A DNA stretch of 64,000 nt from Nitrososphaerota archaeon (GCA_038845265.1 JAWBQR010000001.1:32001-96000); one strand, 5' to 3'. Counted from the stretch's first letter, positions 49,833-60,444 are shown. The notes: generated by a model not told the origin, from the letters alone. Made by a program: numbers and translations.

Positions 49833-50352
49833 ATTTAACGACACTATCTCTCAAGATGAATAGAATATCTATCAAGAGTACTGATAATATTAGCAAGTAG
49901 CTTATTGGATAGTAGCGCTCATCTTTTAAAATGAGCGCTAAGTACCCGAGACCAGTCCAGTAAGGGATTTTTATGCCTGTCCACTTACCAATTATCTGTT
50001 CTGGAGGTATTGGTGACCAAGGATCGGGATCTCTGTTTGCGTCTCCCTTTGTGATTATCCCGGCTGGGGTCTTAGCTATAGCTCTGTGAATTATCGGCGC
50101 CTCGTATCCCCATAACTTATAGACGATTACGTCTCCATTGTCCGGAGATGCAACTATTGAGTCATAGTCGACGCCCGTTATTACAAGGATATCGCCGACC
50201 TCTATGGTGGGCCTCATGCTTCCCGATTTTACAACCACTAATGGTGAAGGAGTGCCTAAGAGCATACTTATCAGCAAGAACAACATCAGTGCGAGAAAGA
50301 TAGTCGTTCCCAGCAATAATAAGTTCTTAAATATTCCTTTATAGATACTCAT
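49813..50352 (-). CDS. Signal peptidase I (Sec11/SipW type)
   Basis: VVKSGSMRPTI..GD, IIHR, TKGDAN..PD; ATG at 50352 overlaps upstream stop (ATGA). Confidence 0.92.
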   Translation of the reverse strand: MSIYKGIFKNLLLLGTTIFLALMLFLLISMLLGTPSPLVVVKSGSMRPTIEVGDILVITGVDYDSIVASPDNGDVIVYKLWGYEAPIIHRAIAKTPAGIITKGDANRDPDPWSPIPPEQIIGKWTGIKIPYWTGLGYLALILKDERYYPISYLLILSVLLIDILFILRDSVVKSKNTSS

Positions 50353-53084
50353 ACGTTTTTCTTGACCGGTTTCGGATGACGTTTCTTCCAATCTACACTC
50401 CGACCTCCAAGAACTGGACTTCTCCTAGTAGGTTTAACCTTGAAGGACCTGATGACGCTAAAGATGGAAACAGCGCCTAATGATGCCGAGGCCATCAGAG
50501 AAAGCATTAATCCAAAAGGACTAGATCTGCTCGTTACCAGAACCTTAGGCTCTACGTTATCAACAGATATCACATATGAATGCCTTGCATCATCAACACT
50601 ATATTCTACGATATAATCACCCTTTGCAAGCGAGACTAAGATTTTCCCATCCATGTCTGTCTCTCCAGATGTTATCAATTTATTGTCTCGTCTAAACTCA
50701 ACGTTTATTCCTGACATTGGATTCTCAGCCAAGTCGATTATGTAAAGTGAGAATTCATAAACATCGGTAGGCATGCTTAACTTTGTAGGTCCATTATGCT
50801 GAACCAACTTCTCGGCAACCTTGACTCCCTGATACTCTATCCAGACATTGTAGTTTGAGGATGGCAACTTGTATTGAAAGACCCCATCCTTAATATCTCC
50901 TACAAATACTTCCAGTCCGTCTTTTTCAAAATGTATAAGGGCTCTTTCAAGTGGTTCATCACCCCTCTCAGTAACTTTATAAGAATTCACCAGCATCGGG
51001 TATACCTTCGAAACTATTTCAATCGTTTGTCCATTTCTATCGATTTTATGAGCATCCTCATAAACATTTAAACCCAAATACTTCACCTTAATATTCATTG
51101 TTCCATTCGGCACCAGCATAGCCTCGATTATTCCTTTTTCATTAAGCTTGCCGACCAATTGATAATCACCAGCGATTCCCTCAAGCTCAGCGTTTGCTAG
51201 TGGCTCCTTTTCGCCGTCCACAACCTTAATAATAATTTGGTATACGCCTGTCCCAGATATGGTTAGAGTGGTTCTTGTCGGTGATAAATCATTTGGACCT
51301 GAATAAACTTTTATTCCCTTGTAATAAATAGTTGTAAAGACCCGCGAGAGGGGTACATTTTCAAACTCAGCCTCTCCGTTATCATTAGTTATTTTAGTAC
51401 TTTTATATTGACCAATCGATAATAAAATACTTGCACCAACAAGTTTATTATCGCCTGAATAATCTAAAGCAATAATTTTAACGTTTGATACAGATGCAAT
51501 AATGTCTAATTTTGATTCGTCAATTGACCTTTTTTCTATGTTTCCTTCGGCTACTAATTCTCCCATATAGAAGAATTGATAACTATACTTTATACGTAAT
51601 AGTCCCTTTACGATGGTCGAGTCTTCCTTAATATCGACCTCGCCAATCTTTTCACCATCCTGAAGCATCAAGATTAGTTTTCCACTTAGAGTCCTATTAT
51701 CTAATGAAAGTGCAGTAATTTTTACCTGTTTTGCATCTGGGGCTATTGTTATTATTGATTGGTGTTGTGGAGCATCTATACTTCCAGCACCGACAACATC
51801 AGAATTAATTACCAATTCATATTCATACTTAACTAAAGGGTGATCGCGATAAATTGCTGCTCCTTCAGAGATTTTCTTCTCTACTTGATATTTACCAAAC
51901 TTAATTCTCAGAGAGATATCTTCTTTCATATCTTTGAGCTTGCCGAATAGGTCTGCAGTTGATACTTTAATGCTGAAATCTCCAATTGAGGCAATAATAG
52001 AGATTGCGCCTATATCGCTCTCCTTAATAACCCCGCTGTATATCTCGGAGCCTTCAAAAAAGACTTTAAGTACGTAGTCGCGATTTTCATAAACTATTCC
52101 GAAGTTTAATATGCCATCATTTGTAGTTGCCTCAGCATAGGTGCGGCCATCATAAATCAGTCTGCCTGTATAAGTAAATCCTGCCGCCGTGTTTCCAGAC
52201 TTACTCTTGATGTTTACGATTAAGGTTTTCAATTGAAGACTTACATCAATTACTCTATTTCTGTTCAATGTAAAGGAATCAGATTTGTAGATCTCTTCTG
52301 ACTTATACTCAACCGTATATATGTATGTTCCCTGCGGAAGCAACTTGAAAGTAGCATTCCCATCAGTACCTGATATAAGTGTCGCAAAAGGAGTCCCAGT
52401 CACTTCTCCTCTCCATAGTTTAACCGTCGCTCCCTTAACTGGTTGCAGCGAGCTGTCTCGTAATCGAAGTGTAAGCCTGTAGAGATTTAGCGTTACTACA
52501 TATTCATATTCATCTGTAAGTGTTATGTCTTGACTGCTAGTCACAGCGACTTTATCTTCATACTTAATTGTCAGGTGGTATGTAGTTCCGTTTGGAAGAT
52601 TCTCAAAAACAACATATCCATTGCTATCCGTAACCTTTCTCTTATCTACATCTGGGTCTGTCTCGGTTGAAGTTATGTTTACCTTTGCGTTTGGCACTGG
52701 ATCAAGCTTCTCCGAAGACATTACTCTAATTTTCAAATTAAATACTCCCACACGGATTGTCTTAGGAGAACTAGGAGAGGAGTAATTCCAATCATCTATA
52801 TAACCAACCTCTCTATTCAGATATAACGCCTTCAAGATGTATGACTCATTTTTCAACGCTGTTAAAGATACTTTACCACTAGAGTCAGACGTACCTTCAG
52901 CTTCTACCTCATTATTAGTTTTATTTATAAGCTGAACCTTCACTCCTTTCAGTGGCGAGCCATGATAATTCTGGACCGTTATTTGGAAAGTTGTGTCCGC
53001 GAGAACAGGTATTGAAGTGAATTGAAAAATAATAACTAGTAGAAAGAAGGAGGTGATTAGCATTGTTGCTGAGGTTATTTTCAT
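50349..53084 (-). CDS. Large membrane-anchored cell-surface protein with about 10 tandem beta-sandwich (carboxypeptidase-regulatory/prealbumin-like) repeats
   Basis: Signal peptide; repeated V.D..G.P..GA.V.L...TD..G...F..LP.G.Y units; C-terminal TM and basic tail; many NxS/T sequons. Confidence 0.8.
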   Translation of the reverse strand: MKITSATMLITSFFLLVIIFQFTSIPVLADTTFQITVQNYHGSPLKGVKVQLINKTNNEVEAEGTSDSSGKVSLTALKNESYILKALYLNREVGYIDDWNYSSPSSPKTIRVGVFNLKIRVMSSEKLDPVPNAKVNITSTETDPDVDKRKVTDSNGYVVFENLPNGTTYHLTIKYEDKVAVTSSQDITLTDEYEYVVTLNLYRLTLRLRDSSLQPVKGATVKLWRGEVTGTPFATLISGTDGNATFKLLPQGTYIYTVEYKSEEIYKSDSFTLNRNRVIDVSLQLKTLIVNIKSKSGNTAAGFTYTGRLIYDGRTYAEATTNDGILNFGIVYENRDYVLKVFFEGSEIYSGVIKESDIGAISIIASIGDFSIKVSTADLFGKLKDMKEDISLRIKFGKYQVEKKISEGAAIYRDHPLVKYEYELVINSDVVGAGSIDAPQHQSIITIAPDAKQVKITALSLDNRTLSGKLILMLQDGEKIGEVDIKEDSTIVKGLLRIKYSYQFFYMGELVAEGNIEKRSIDESKLDIIASVSNVKIIALDYSGDNKLVGASILLSIGQYKSTKITNDNGEAEFENVPLSRVFTTIYYKGIKVYSGPNDLSPTRTTLTISGTGVYQIIIKVVDGEKEPLANAELEGIAGDYQLVGKLNEKGIIEAMLVPNGTMNIKVKYLGLNVYEDAHKIDRNGQTIEIVSKVYPMLVNSYKVTERGDEPLERALIHFEKDGLEVFVGDIKDGVFQYKLPSSNYNVWIEYQGVKVAEKLVQHNGPTKLSMPTDVYEFSLYIIDLAENPMSGINVEFRRDNKLITSGETDMDGKILVSLAKGDYIVEYSVDDARHSYVISVDNVEPKVLVTSRSSPFGLMLSLMASASLGAVSIFSVIRSFKVKPTRRSPVLGGRSVDWKKRHPKPVKKNV

Positions 53085-53186
53085 TTATAGAAAAAACATA
53101 ATCAGGAGGCTTTAAGCATTATCATTCAATAGAAATTGGGTACTATGAGCATTTCTATTCATCTTAAATAGGAATAGCGATGTTTT

Positions 53187-53753
53187 TCAGCGGCCGCTTA
53201 CTGTTTCTAGCGTCCATCTTACTGAGTTTATGAGGTCTCTAAGCCGTGCATCATCTCTATAATTTTTTACCAAGATTTCTGATACTCTATCACCATCAAA
53301 TACCACTTCATATTTAACCATTTTTTCTCTATCTAGCTCGCCTGACCTAACTCTCTCTTCGTCATCCCTAGTCATCGCTTCGAGCACCTTACGCAATAGA
53401 AAAGAAGAAAATGGCTTGTCGTCTCTTCTCAGCTCCAAGTCCGGGCTAATCTGGAATCTAGCCTCGTCTTTGGTGTAGGTAAGCGTGGCTAGGACAGCAC
53501 CATTACGGCTTCTAATTACTTTAATCGAGGGCTTCTCTAAAATCGGCTTGGCCTGAGGTGCTTGTTCAGGCTTCCTCGAGACCAGAGAGTCGGCTCTCTT
53601 AAAACTCGCACCGGCCAACAACTCATCAATGTAGGAGGTTATTTTCCTAATCATCTCAATTTCCTGATTAAGTTCTGCGATTTTTCGCTCTAGCCATGCC
53701 TTGACCTCCGCTAACGCTTTTGTCTCTTCCTCTGGTAATTCCTCCTCACTCAC
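53187..53753 (-). CDS. Conserved hypothetical protein (N-terminal coiled coil + alpha/beta domain), coupled to lig
   Basis: GTGA overlap with ligase stop; coiled coil then SF.RA, PFSSFL, I.VKNYR...L.N...W.L pattern. Confidence 0.7.
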   Translation of the reverse strand: MSEEELPEEETKALAEVKAWLERKIAELNQEIEMIRKITSYIDELLAGASFKRADSLVSRKPEQAPQAKPILEKPSIKVIRSRNGAVLATLTYTKDEARFQISPDLELRRDDKPFSSFLLRKVLEAMTRDDEERVRSGELDREKMVKYEVVFDGDRVSEILVKNYRDDARLRDLINSVRWTLETVSGR

Positions 53754-55534
53754 GTTGGTTCTACCTCCTCTCTGGGCTGAATAGTCTTGAGCTGAGACTT
53801 ATACATCTCAATGACTTCGTCAACTGTGGTAGCATCTTCAGGCGACTTATCAAACCTGTACCTACCAGTGAATCTTGGAAATCTAATTGCAAGCCCAGCG
53901 TCTTTATTTATTTTTCCAAATGCAGCGGTATGTACAGGACTCAACGTGATCTCATCGCCCACTATTTCTAATACGAGCCTAGGCGTAACCCACACGTCTG
54001 GCTCCATAACTGAGTCTACTCTCGGAGGCTTGTGTGGGATAATCATCTGTTTTAGCATCTCTGTAAGCTTATCAAGATCCTCATCTTTAAATCCAGTCCC
54101 GACCTTACAAATCGACCTGAAGACGTCTGCGTCTTTATCATAAGCCGCTACTAAAACTGTTCCGAATTTTCCACTCCTCTTACCTTTACCATAAAATGCC
54201 CCAATCACGACTAGGTCGAGCGTATCGGTGAGCTTAGAGACATAGCTTCGCTTATACTTTATCCATAGCCAACCCCTAGCGCCAGCCATGTAAACTGATC
54301 TCGGAGAAATATCTTTGACGATGACCCCTTCGCAGCCGTCCTCGACAGCTTTAAGCATGTATTTATCAAGCGTTTCGCAATCACTCACCTCGATTGCTCT
54401 CGTCAAGGACATATCTTCGCTCTGATCAATAATCTCGCCGAGCATAGATCGTCTCTCTAATAATGGTCTATCAATGAGTTCATCTCCATCGATTAATAAC
54501 GCATCAAAAAAGAAGAGCGATACAGGATAGAGTTCTGCCGCCTTCTCAATTTCATATTTTCTTCTTCTGTGCATCAATTCTTGGAAGGGAAGCATATCAC
54601 CAGTATCAGGATCAACAGCGACCGCCTCACACTCAACGATCGCTTGTCTGGCCCTTATCCGAGACCTGCACCTCTCAATTACATCTGGAAACTGATACGT
54701 AATGTTTTCCTGTCTCCTAGAAAAGATTAATATTTCACCATTATTTTTATGGATCTGCATTCTCTCTCCATCATACTTATACTCAGCTAGACCTCTTCCA
54801 CCCAATTTTTCTAAAATCTCCTTGCTGCTGGACAATCTCTCTGCCAGCATTGGGCGAGCAGGCCTTCCTATCGCTAGCCTAATTGTTCGGACACCTACTA
54901 GTCCAGCCCTCTTGGCCTCCCGTACAACTATTCCTATGTCTGAAGAAATGTTATAAGCCCTCTCAAAGATTTCTCTTGTTTCTTTTGACCCCCCGAATAG
55001 TGCCGAGACGGCGTCAATAATAGTCATATCAGCGACGCCGAGCCGCATCTTTCCAGTCAATAGTCTAATAATATATTTTGCCTCCTTCGGCTGAGCCTGG
55101 GCAAGCAGCCCAGAAAGAATCTTTATTTTGTTTTCAACTGCTCCCTCACCACTGATCCTAGCTACTTTATCCAACTTATTATAAACTTCCAATACAGTTA
55201 AGGGCTGATTAAACAAAACTAACTGGGATTTTTTATGAGAGAGTAACTCCTCGGCAACTTGTCCTAAGTCCCCAACTTTATTGAGGAGGTTCTCGATCTT
55301 TGTTTCTTCTACCCCCGTGACGGCTTTTATTGCCCTTATCGCGAGCTTCTCAGCCACTCCAAGCTCGATGCCTACGTATGCTGGATATAGAATACCCAGT
55401 GTTAAATATGCAATTTTATCAACTTCCTTCTCGTCGGCTTCGTTGAATAGTTGTATCAGAATATCACGCATCTCAAGTCTCTTAGTAGTTGACTCTAACT
55501 GTTCGTAATATTCCACAAGCTTTGAGAAATCCAT
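53750..55534 (-). CDS. lig: ATP-dependent DNA ligase
   Basis: EYKYDGER, EGVIVK, WIKYKR, DLVVIG, IRFPRF. Confidence 0.97.
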   Translation of the reverse strand: MDFSKLVEYYEQLESTTKRLEMRDILIQLFNEADEKEVDKIAYLTLGILYPAYVGIELGVAEKLAIRAIKAVTGVEETKIENLLNKVGDLGQVAEELLSHKKSQLVLFNQPLTVLEVYNKLDKVARISGEGAVENKIKILSGLLAQAQPKEAKYIIRLLTGKMRLGVADMTIIDAVSALFGGSKETREIFERAYNISSDIGIVVREAKRAGLVGVRTIRLAIGRPARPMLAERLSSSKEILEKLGGRGLAEYKYDGERMQIHKNNGEILIFSRRQENITYQFPDVIERCRSRIRARQAIVECEAVAVDPDTGDMLPFQELMHRRRKYEIEKAAELYPVSLFFFDALLIDGDELIDRPLLERRSMLGEIIDQSEDMSLTRAIEVSDCETLDKYMLKAVEDGCEGVIVKDISPRSVYMAGARGWLWIKYKRSYVSKLTDTLDLVVIGAFYGKGKRSGKFGTVLVAAYDKDADVFRSICKVGTGFKDEDLDKLTEMLKQMIIPHKPPRVDSVMEPDVWVTPRLVLEIVGDEITLSPVHTAAFGKINKDAGLAIRFPRFTGRYRFDKSPEDATTVDEVIEMYKSQLKTIQPREEVEPT

Positions 55535-55586
55535 TCTCCCCTACCTATGATTAGTACTTGCTAACCTTTAAGCTAATCCCTAACAT

Positions 55587-56591
55587 TCATGAAAAGACAC
55601 TACTGTTAGATTGGCTAAAGATTACCCTTGCACCTTTGTTCTCAGCAGTCGTAATATATACCTCTAAATTAGGCATCAGATCTTTCACGAGCCGCAGAAA
55701 ACTCCGAGCATCATCAGGCTTATCAGTAAATCCATAAATAGTAGGCCCCCAACTGGACTGCCCCACACCGTATAATCCGGCATCAAGCATCAATTCTGCA
55801 AGCTCAGCTGAATCAGGGTTGAAGATTCCTCCCTGAATACTTTCAAACTCGCTACCTACAAGTCTCTGAACTGATTCAACACCTTTTCCAAAAAGCTCTA
55901 TATTATGTTCAATTATGCCAGGAAGGACTTTACTCATAACGCAAGAGTGAATATTCTTTACTGTCTCTTCAGAATATTTTATCTTTGAGAGAATATCATC
56001 CTCTAAAAGTCCAGAAAGTCCCCTCCTTTTATCTGGAATCGATAGTATGATAAGCCAGTCTTCAGGAAAATTAAGTCTCATTATCGGCTGCAGATAGCTA
56101 TTCTTACGTTGACCGAGACTAATTATGAATCCTCCATTCCTAAATGCCTCTATACCGATCCATGAGTACTTACCTCTATTTGTTCGAGCTGCTATCTCCT
56201 CAATGCTCATTCTAATTTCGGCCAAAATCGAGATTGCCGTTGCCGCTGAGAGAATGATCTGTGTACCCGATCCTAGTCCCACATGTCTAGGAGGGTATTC
56301 GATGAATTCTAGGTTAACTCCAACGCTTACATTCAGATCAGAGTAAAATTTTCTCACTACTAACTCTAATTCGTTTTCAAAATTACCTGCTATACGAAGA
56401 CCAGATGCCTCAATGGTCTCTGCAAATAATATGGTTCTAGGCTCCTTAATAGCTAGGCCGATTCCCTGCCAAGGTCTCTGATTATTGCCATCTGTCAGAA
56501 GACCCAGGTGGAGCCTAGAGGGAGCAGTAATCTCTACACGCATGCCCTTCAACAACATCATTACCTTATTTATTAATAAATAATGGGCCAA
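55587..56591 (-). CDS. Beta-ribofuranosylaminobenzene 5'-phosphate synthase (GHMP family)
   Basis: APSRLHLGL, PRHVGLGSGTQ, RG..S.IG..AF..GGFI, GQSSWGPT. Confidence 0.85.
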   Translation of the reverse strand: MAHYLLINKVMMLLKGMRVEITAPSRLHLGLLTDGNNQRPWQGIGLAIKEPRTILFAETIEASGLRIAGNFENELELVVRKFYSDLNVSVGVNLEFIEYPPRHVGLGSGTQIILSAATAISILAEIRMSIEEIAARTNRGKYSWIGIEAFRNGGFIISLGQRKNSYLQPIMRLNFPEDWLIILSIPDKRRGLSGLLEDDILSKIKYSEETVKNIHSCVMSKVLPGIIEHNIELFGKGVESVQRLVGSEFESIQGGIFNPDSAELAELMLDAGLYGVGQSSWGPTIYGFTDKPDDARSFLRLVKDLMPNLEVYITTAENKGARVIFSQSNSSVFS

Positions 56592-56631
56592 CTAATTATA
56601 TATCTCGATAACTACATGAATTGAATAGAAA

Positions 56632-57096
56632 ATGGGTGAGTCAACTACTAAAAGAATTAATTACTTTGCGTATGACGTCCTTCTTAATCCGGACCAGATG
56701 CGCCTAGTTATAAAGAGTTGGCATAAATGTTTTCCGGCATGGCTGCCGAATTATAGACTCGTATTTGATTCTTATTCAGTTTCGTGGAGAGGAGGAGTGG
56801 CCGGGTTGAAAGAAGATGAAGGAACAACTGTTTATGGAGTTGTATATGTGATAGATGAGCAACAATTGTATGTTATTGATAAATTCGAGGGACTAGCCAA
56901 TCTGCGAATGAGGATAAAAGTTACTGTTAAAAGCGATTATGGAGAGCATAACGCATATACACATGTATCATCAAACCCGAGAGGACATGTACCCCCAACT
57001 AAGCAGTATCTTTCTCTTATGACAAAAGGGCTTAGACAAGTCGGATATGGCGATAAAGTAATCATGAACATTATCAATGAGGCGGCTAAACGCTAG
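56632..57096 (+). CDS. Gamma-glutamylcyclotransferase family protein
   Basis: YFAY, YRLVF, VYGVVY, DKFEG, P..QYL. Confidence 0.8.
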   Translation: MGESTTKRINYFAYDVLLNPDQMRLVIKSWHKCFPAWLPNYRLVFDSYSVSWRGGVAGLKEDEGTTVYGVVYVIDEQQLYVIDKFEGLANLRMRIKVTVKSDYGEHNAYTHVSSNPRGHVPPTKQYLSLMTKGLRQVGYGDKVIMNIINEAAKR

Positions 57097-57662
57097 CCTA
57101 GATCTTTCGCCTGAATATACGTTCGCCAAACCCATAAAATACTAGTTATGAAGTTTATTGCAAATGCTACTAATGCAGCAAAAAAATATGAGATTAGATA
57201 GTGCATCAAAAATACCTCTGTAAATAAAGCGAATAATCCAATATTAACTAATATGCTCGCAATCCTAGAAACGTGAAACTTGACTAGTCTACTCATGAAA
57301 CTTCCTCCCAAATTTTTTGATTTTCTAAAGGTCCAATTATCATTGATGTAGAAATTTAATAATACTGACAATTCTGTGGCTACTACTACAGCGACTATCT
57401 CATTGGAGCGCAGAAAATCTATTAGTATATATAATACAGCTTCAGCAAAGACCAGACATGAAATTCCTACTACTACAAATTGAATAGATGTGAGTGATAA
57501 CCCAGATTTAATTATAAATATGATGAGGTTTTTTATTCTATTTGTATTCATGGATTCTCTTCTCAGACATGAAATTCCTACTACTACAAATTGAATAGAT
57601 GTGAGTGATAACCCAGATTTAATTATAAATATGATGAGGTTTTTTATTCTATTTGTATTCAT
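57093..57662 (-). CDS. GtrA family membrane protein with duplicated 37-aa N-terminus (single-copy gene would be 57093..57551)
   Basis: QFVVVG, ELSVLLNFYINDNWTF, NF.TS..WVW. Confidence 0.85.
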   Translation of the reverse strand: MNTNRIKNLIIFIIKSGLSLTSIQFVVVGISCLRRESMNTNRIKNLIIFIIKSGLSLTSIQFVVVGISCLVFAEAVLYILIDFLRSNEIVAVVVATELSVLLNFYINDNWTFRKSKNLGGSFMSRLVKFHVSRIASILVNIGLFALFTEVFLMHYLISYFFAALVAFAINFITSILWVWRTYIQAKDLG

Positions 57663-57674
57663 GGATTCTCTTCT
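57453..57674. repeat. Perfect 111-bp tandem duplication
   Basis: 57453-57563 identical to 57564-57674. Confidence 0.95.
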
Positions 57675-57679
57675 CGAAA

Positions 57680-58528
57680 TTATTTATCTGGATTATATAA
57701 ACTCCTAAGTACAGACAGATCTCTTGAATAGTCTCCCCTTTCATCTTCTGGTGTTTCAATGATCATTGGTAGATTTTTAATGAATTTTTGATTGATAATG
57801 TTCTTGAATCCTTTCTCTCCTATATGCCCCATTCCTATATGCTCATGTCTATCAAGATGGCTGCCTAATCCACCTGCCGAATCGTTTAGATGAACTACCT
57901 TTAACATCTTTAGACCTATGATGGAGTCAAAGTCATTGAGGGTATTCGATATTCCTTCTTCAGTCTTAACGTCGTATCCAGCGGCAAATAGATGACAAGT
58001 ATCTAGACAAATTCCCACTCTATCTATATGAGAAATTTTATCGAGAATCCGCCTTATGTCTTCAAACCTCGACCCGACGCTATTTTTTTGACCAGCCATG
58101 TTTTCTAGTAGAAGCATGCATCTTGGATTAGCTTTCTCAATAGATGTATCAACTGCTCTAGCAACCTGCATAATTCCCACATCTATTCCTTTACCGAGAT
58201 GACTTCCTATGTGACTCACTAGGTAATCTATCTCTAACTGATCGCATCTTTTTAACTCCTCAATTAATGACCTTAATGATAACTGCCATGAAGACTTGTT
58301 TGGAGAGGCGATATTTGGTAAATATGGCATGTGAGCTACTACGACATCAAAACTTGCCTTTCTTCTCTTATCTTTAAACTTCTCGATCTCCTCTTTTTTT
58401 AACTTTGCTGCTTTCCATCCACGTGGGTTGCGGGTAAATATCTGGAAAGTGGTGCAGGACAACTGAAGAGCCCTATCGACTGAAAGATCTATTGAGCCAG
58501 AAATAGATACATGAGCACCTAGCAGCAA
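57680..58528 (-). CDS. nfo: Endonuclease IV (AP endonuclease)
   Basis: GAHVS, QIF, HMPY, LENMAG, CLDTCH, HLNDS, DRHEHIG, ETP. Confidence 0.96.
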   Translation of the reverse strand: MLLGAHVSISGSIDLSVDRALQLSCTTFQIFTRNPRGWKAAKLKKEEIEKFKDKRRKASFDVVVAHMPYLPNIASPNKSSWQLSLRSLIEELKRCDQLEIDYLVSHIGSHLGKGIDVGIMQVARAVDTSIEKANPRCMLLLENMAGQKNSVGSRFEDIRRILDKISHIDRVGICLDTCHLFAAGYDVKTEEGISNTLNDFDSIIGLKMLKVVHLNDSAGGLGSHLDRHEHIGMGHIGEKGFKNIINQKFIKNLPMIIETPEDERGDYSRDLSVLRSLYNPDK

Positions 58529-58642
58529 ATCATTAATTAATTAATAAGAGCATCTGTTTAAGTCTTATGTTGTTTTAATATTTACTAGGTAAAGATATTT
58601 TTATATTGAGGCTAATGCGATATAGTCATCGGTGAGCATATA

Positions 58643-60271
58643 ATGGCGTTAGCTGGTCAGCCAGTGATAATACTCAAGGAGGGAACAAGCAGGAGCAGAG
58701 GAAGAACTGCACAGCGAAATAATATCGCTGCTGCAAAGATAATCGCCGATATGGTCAAGACCACCTTGGGACCAAAGGGGATGGATAAGCTTCTCGTGGA
58801 TTCTATCGGAGACGTAATAGTGACAAATGACGGCGCAACAATACTTGAGAAGATGGATGTCGAACACCCAGCGGCTAAAATGATAATAGAGGTAGCTAAG
58901 ACGCAGGATAAGACTGTGGGCGATGGGACGACTACTGCAGTAATTATTGCAGGTGAACTATTAAGACGTGCAGAAGAACTAGTAGAGCAGAAGATACATC
59001 CAAGTACAATAATCTCAGGATACAAAAAAGCAATGGAGTTGGCAGTGAATAAGTTAAACAGTCTCGCCAAGAACGTCAGCCTTAACGATGTTGAGACTCT
59101 TAAGAAGATGGTTAGGACATGCCTTGGAAGCAAATCACTAGGGTTTGCGACTGATTATCTAGCACAGCTTGCGATAGATGCTGTCAGCGCGGTTGTAAGG
59201 GAGGTCAATGGTAAAAAGAAAGCAGATAAAGACGATATCCAGATTGTTAAGAAGATAGGTAAAAGCCTTCTCGAATCACAGCTCGTCAAAGGAGTGATTG
59301 TTGATAAAGAAGTTGTGCATGCGGCGATGCCTAAGAGGGTCGTCAACGCGAAAATAGCACTTCTTGATGCACCCTTTGAAATCGAGAAGACAGAATTCTC
59401 TGCAGAGATTAGGATCCGGGACCCGCTAAAGATTAAGGAGTTCCTTGATGAGGAGACGAGGATTCTTAAAGAAATGGTCGACAAAGTTGTGAAGGTGGGC
59501 GCTAATGTAGTGTTCTGCCAAAAGGGCATAGATGATGCCGCGCAGTTCTTCTTAGCGAAGGCCGGAATATTAGCCGTGAGGAGAGTAAAGAGAAGCGATA
59601 TGGAGAAACTTGAGAAGGCTACGGGTGGCAGAATAGTTACTAATTTCGAGGATCTAAGCGAAAAAGATTTAGGGCAAGCCGGTCTGGTCGAGGAAAGAAA
59701 GATAGGAGAGGACAGGATGGTGTTTGTTGAGGATTGCAAGAATCCGAAGGCAGTGGCCATACTCATTAGAGCAGGGCTTGAGAGACAACTCGACGAGGCC
59801 GAGAGAGCCCTTAACGACGCCATAATGAACATGATAAACATCGTCGAGGAGAGCAAAGTTGTACCGGGCGGTGGAGCAATAGAGGCCGAGCTTGCCAAAA
59901 TAATTAGGGCTGAGGCCTCCAAGTATCCAGGAAAGGAGCAGCTAGCAATGCTTGCTTATGCCGAAGCTTTGGAGATTGTTCCTAAGACTCTAGCCGAAAA
60001 TTCGGGCCTAGACCCAGTTGACATCATGTCGTCGCTAAGAAATAAGCATGCCGAAGATGGTATGACATTTGGAATAAACATATTCACCGGCAAGGTCGAA
60101 GACATGTACTCGCTTGGAGTAATTGAGCCCATCAGAGTCAAGGCCCAGGCATTAAAATCAAGCTTCGAAGCGACAGCCATGATACTTAGAATTGACGATG
60201 TCATAGCAGCATCAAAGAAGAAAGAAGAAAAGAAGCCTAGTCCAGGAGGAGAAACTCCTGAACTAGACTAG
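58643..60271 (+). CDS. Thermosome (group II chaperonin) subunit
   Basis: [33 protein letters not shown]. Confidence 0.97.
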   Translation: MALAGQPVIILKEGTSRSRGRTAQRNNIAAAKIIADMVKTTLGPKGMDKLLVDSIGDVIVTNDGATILEKMDVEHPAAKMIIEVAKTQDKTVGDGTTTAVIIAGELLRRAEELVEQKIHPSTIISGYKKAMELAVNKLNSLAKNVSLNDVETLKKMVRTCLGSKSLGFATDYLAQLAIDAVSAVVREVNGKKKADKDDIQIVKKIGKSLLESQLVKGVIVDKEVVHAAMPKRVVNAKIALLDAPFEIEKTEFSAEIRIRDPLKIKEFLDEETRILKEMVDKVVKVGANVVFCQKGIDDAAQFFLAKAGILAVRRVKRSDMEKLEKATGGRIVTNFEDLSEKDLGQAGLVEERKIGEDRMVFVEDCKNPKAVAILIRAGLERQLDEAERALNDAIMNMINIVEESKVVPGGGAIEAELAKIIRAEASKYPGKEQLAMLAYAEALEIVPKTLAENSGLDPVDIMSSLRNKHAEDGMTFGINIFTGKVEDMYSLGVIEPIRVKAQALKSSFEATAMILRIDDVIAASKKKEEKKPSPGGETPELD

Positions 60272-60275
60272 AGCA

Positions 60276-60298
60276 TTTTTAAAATATTCCATTTTTTT
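60276..60298 (+). terminator. Probable oligo-T terminator of thermosome gene
   Basis: TTTTT...TTTTTTT tracts right after the stop codon. Confidence 0.45.
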
Positions 60299-60345
60299 AC
60301 ATCTATAAAAACATTCATATTTTGATGAGTGATGGTTATTTAGTA

Positions 60346-60420
60346 GCTCCGGTAGTATAGCCCGGACAAGTATACTGGCCTTTCGAGCCAGTGACCCGGG
60401 TTCAAATCCCGGCCGGAGCA
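60346..60420 (+). tRNA. tRNA-Glu (anticodon TTC), intronless, CCA not encoded
   Basis: Acceptor GCTCCGG/CCGGAGC, anticodon arm CTGGC-CTTTCGA-GCCAG, T-arm CCGGG-TTCAAAT-CCCGG. Confidence 0.97.
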
Positions 60421-60444
60421 TTACATTACCTATTGGGTTAATAG

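Noticed and set aside
59155-59922. Long antisense ORFs opposite thermosome (255 aa, 158 aa) and similar ones opposite cdc48, gltD, lig and gcvPA
   Set aside because: Shadow frames of conserved genes; Ser/Leu/Ile-rich with no motifs.
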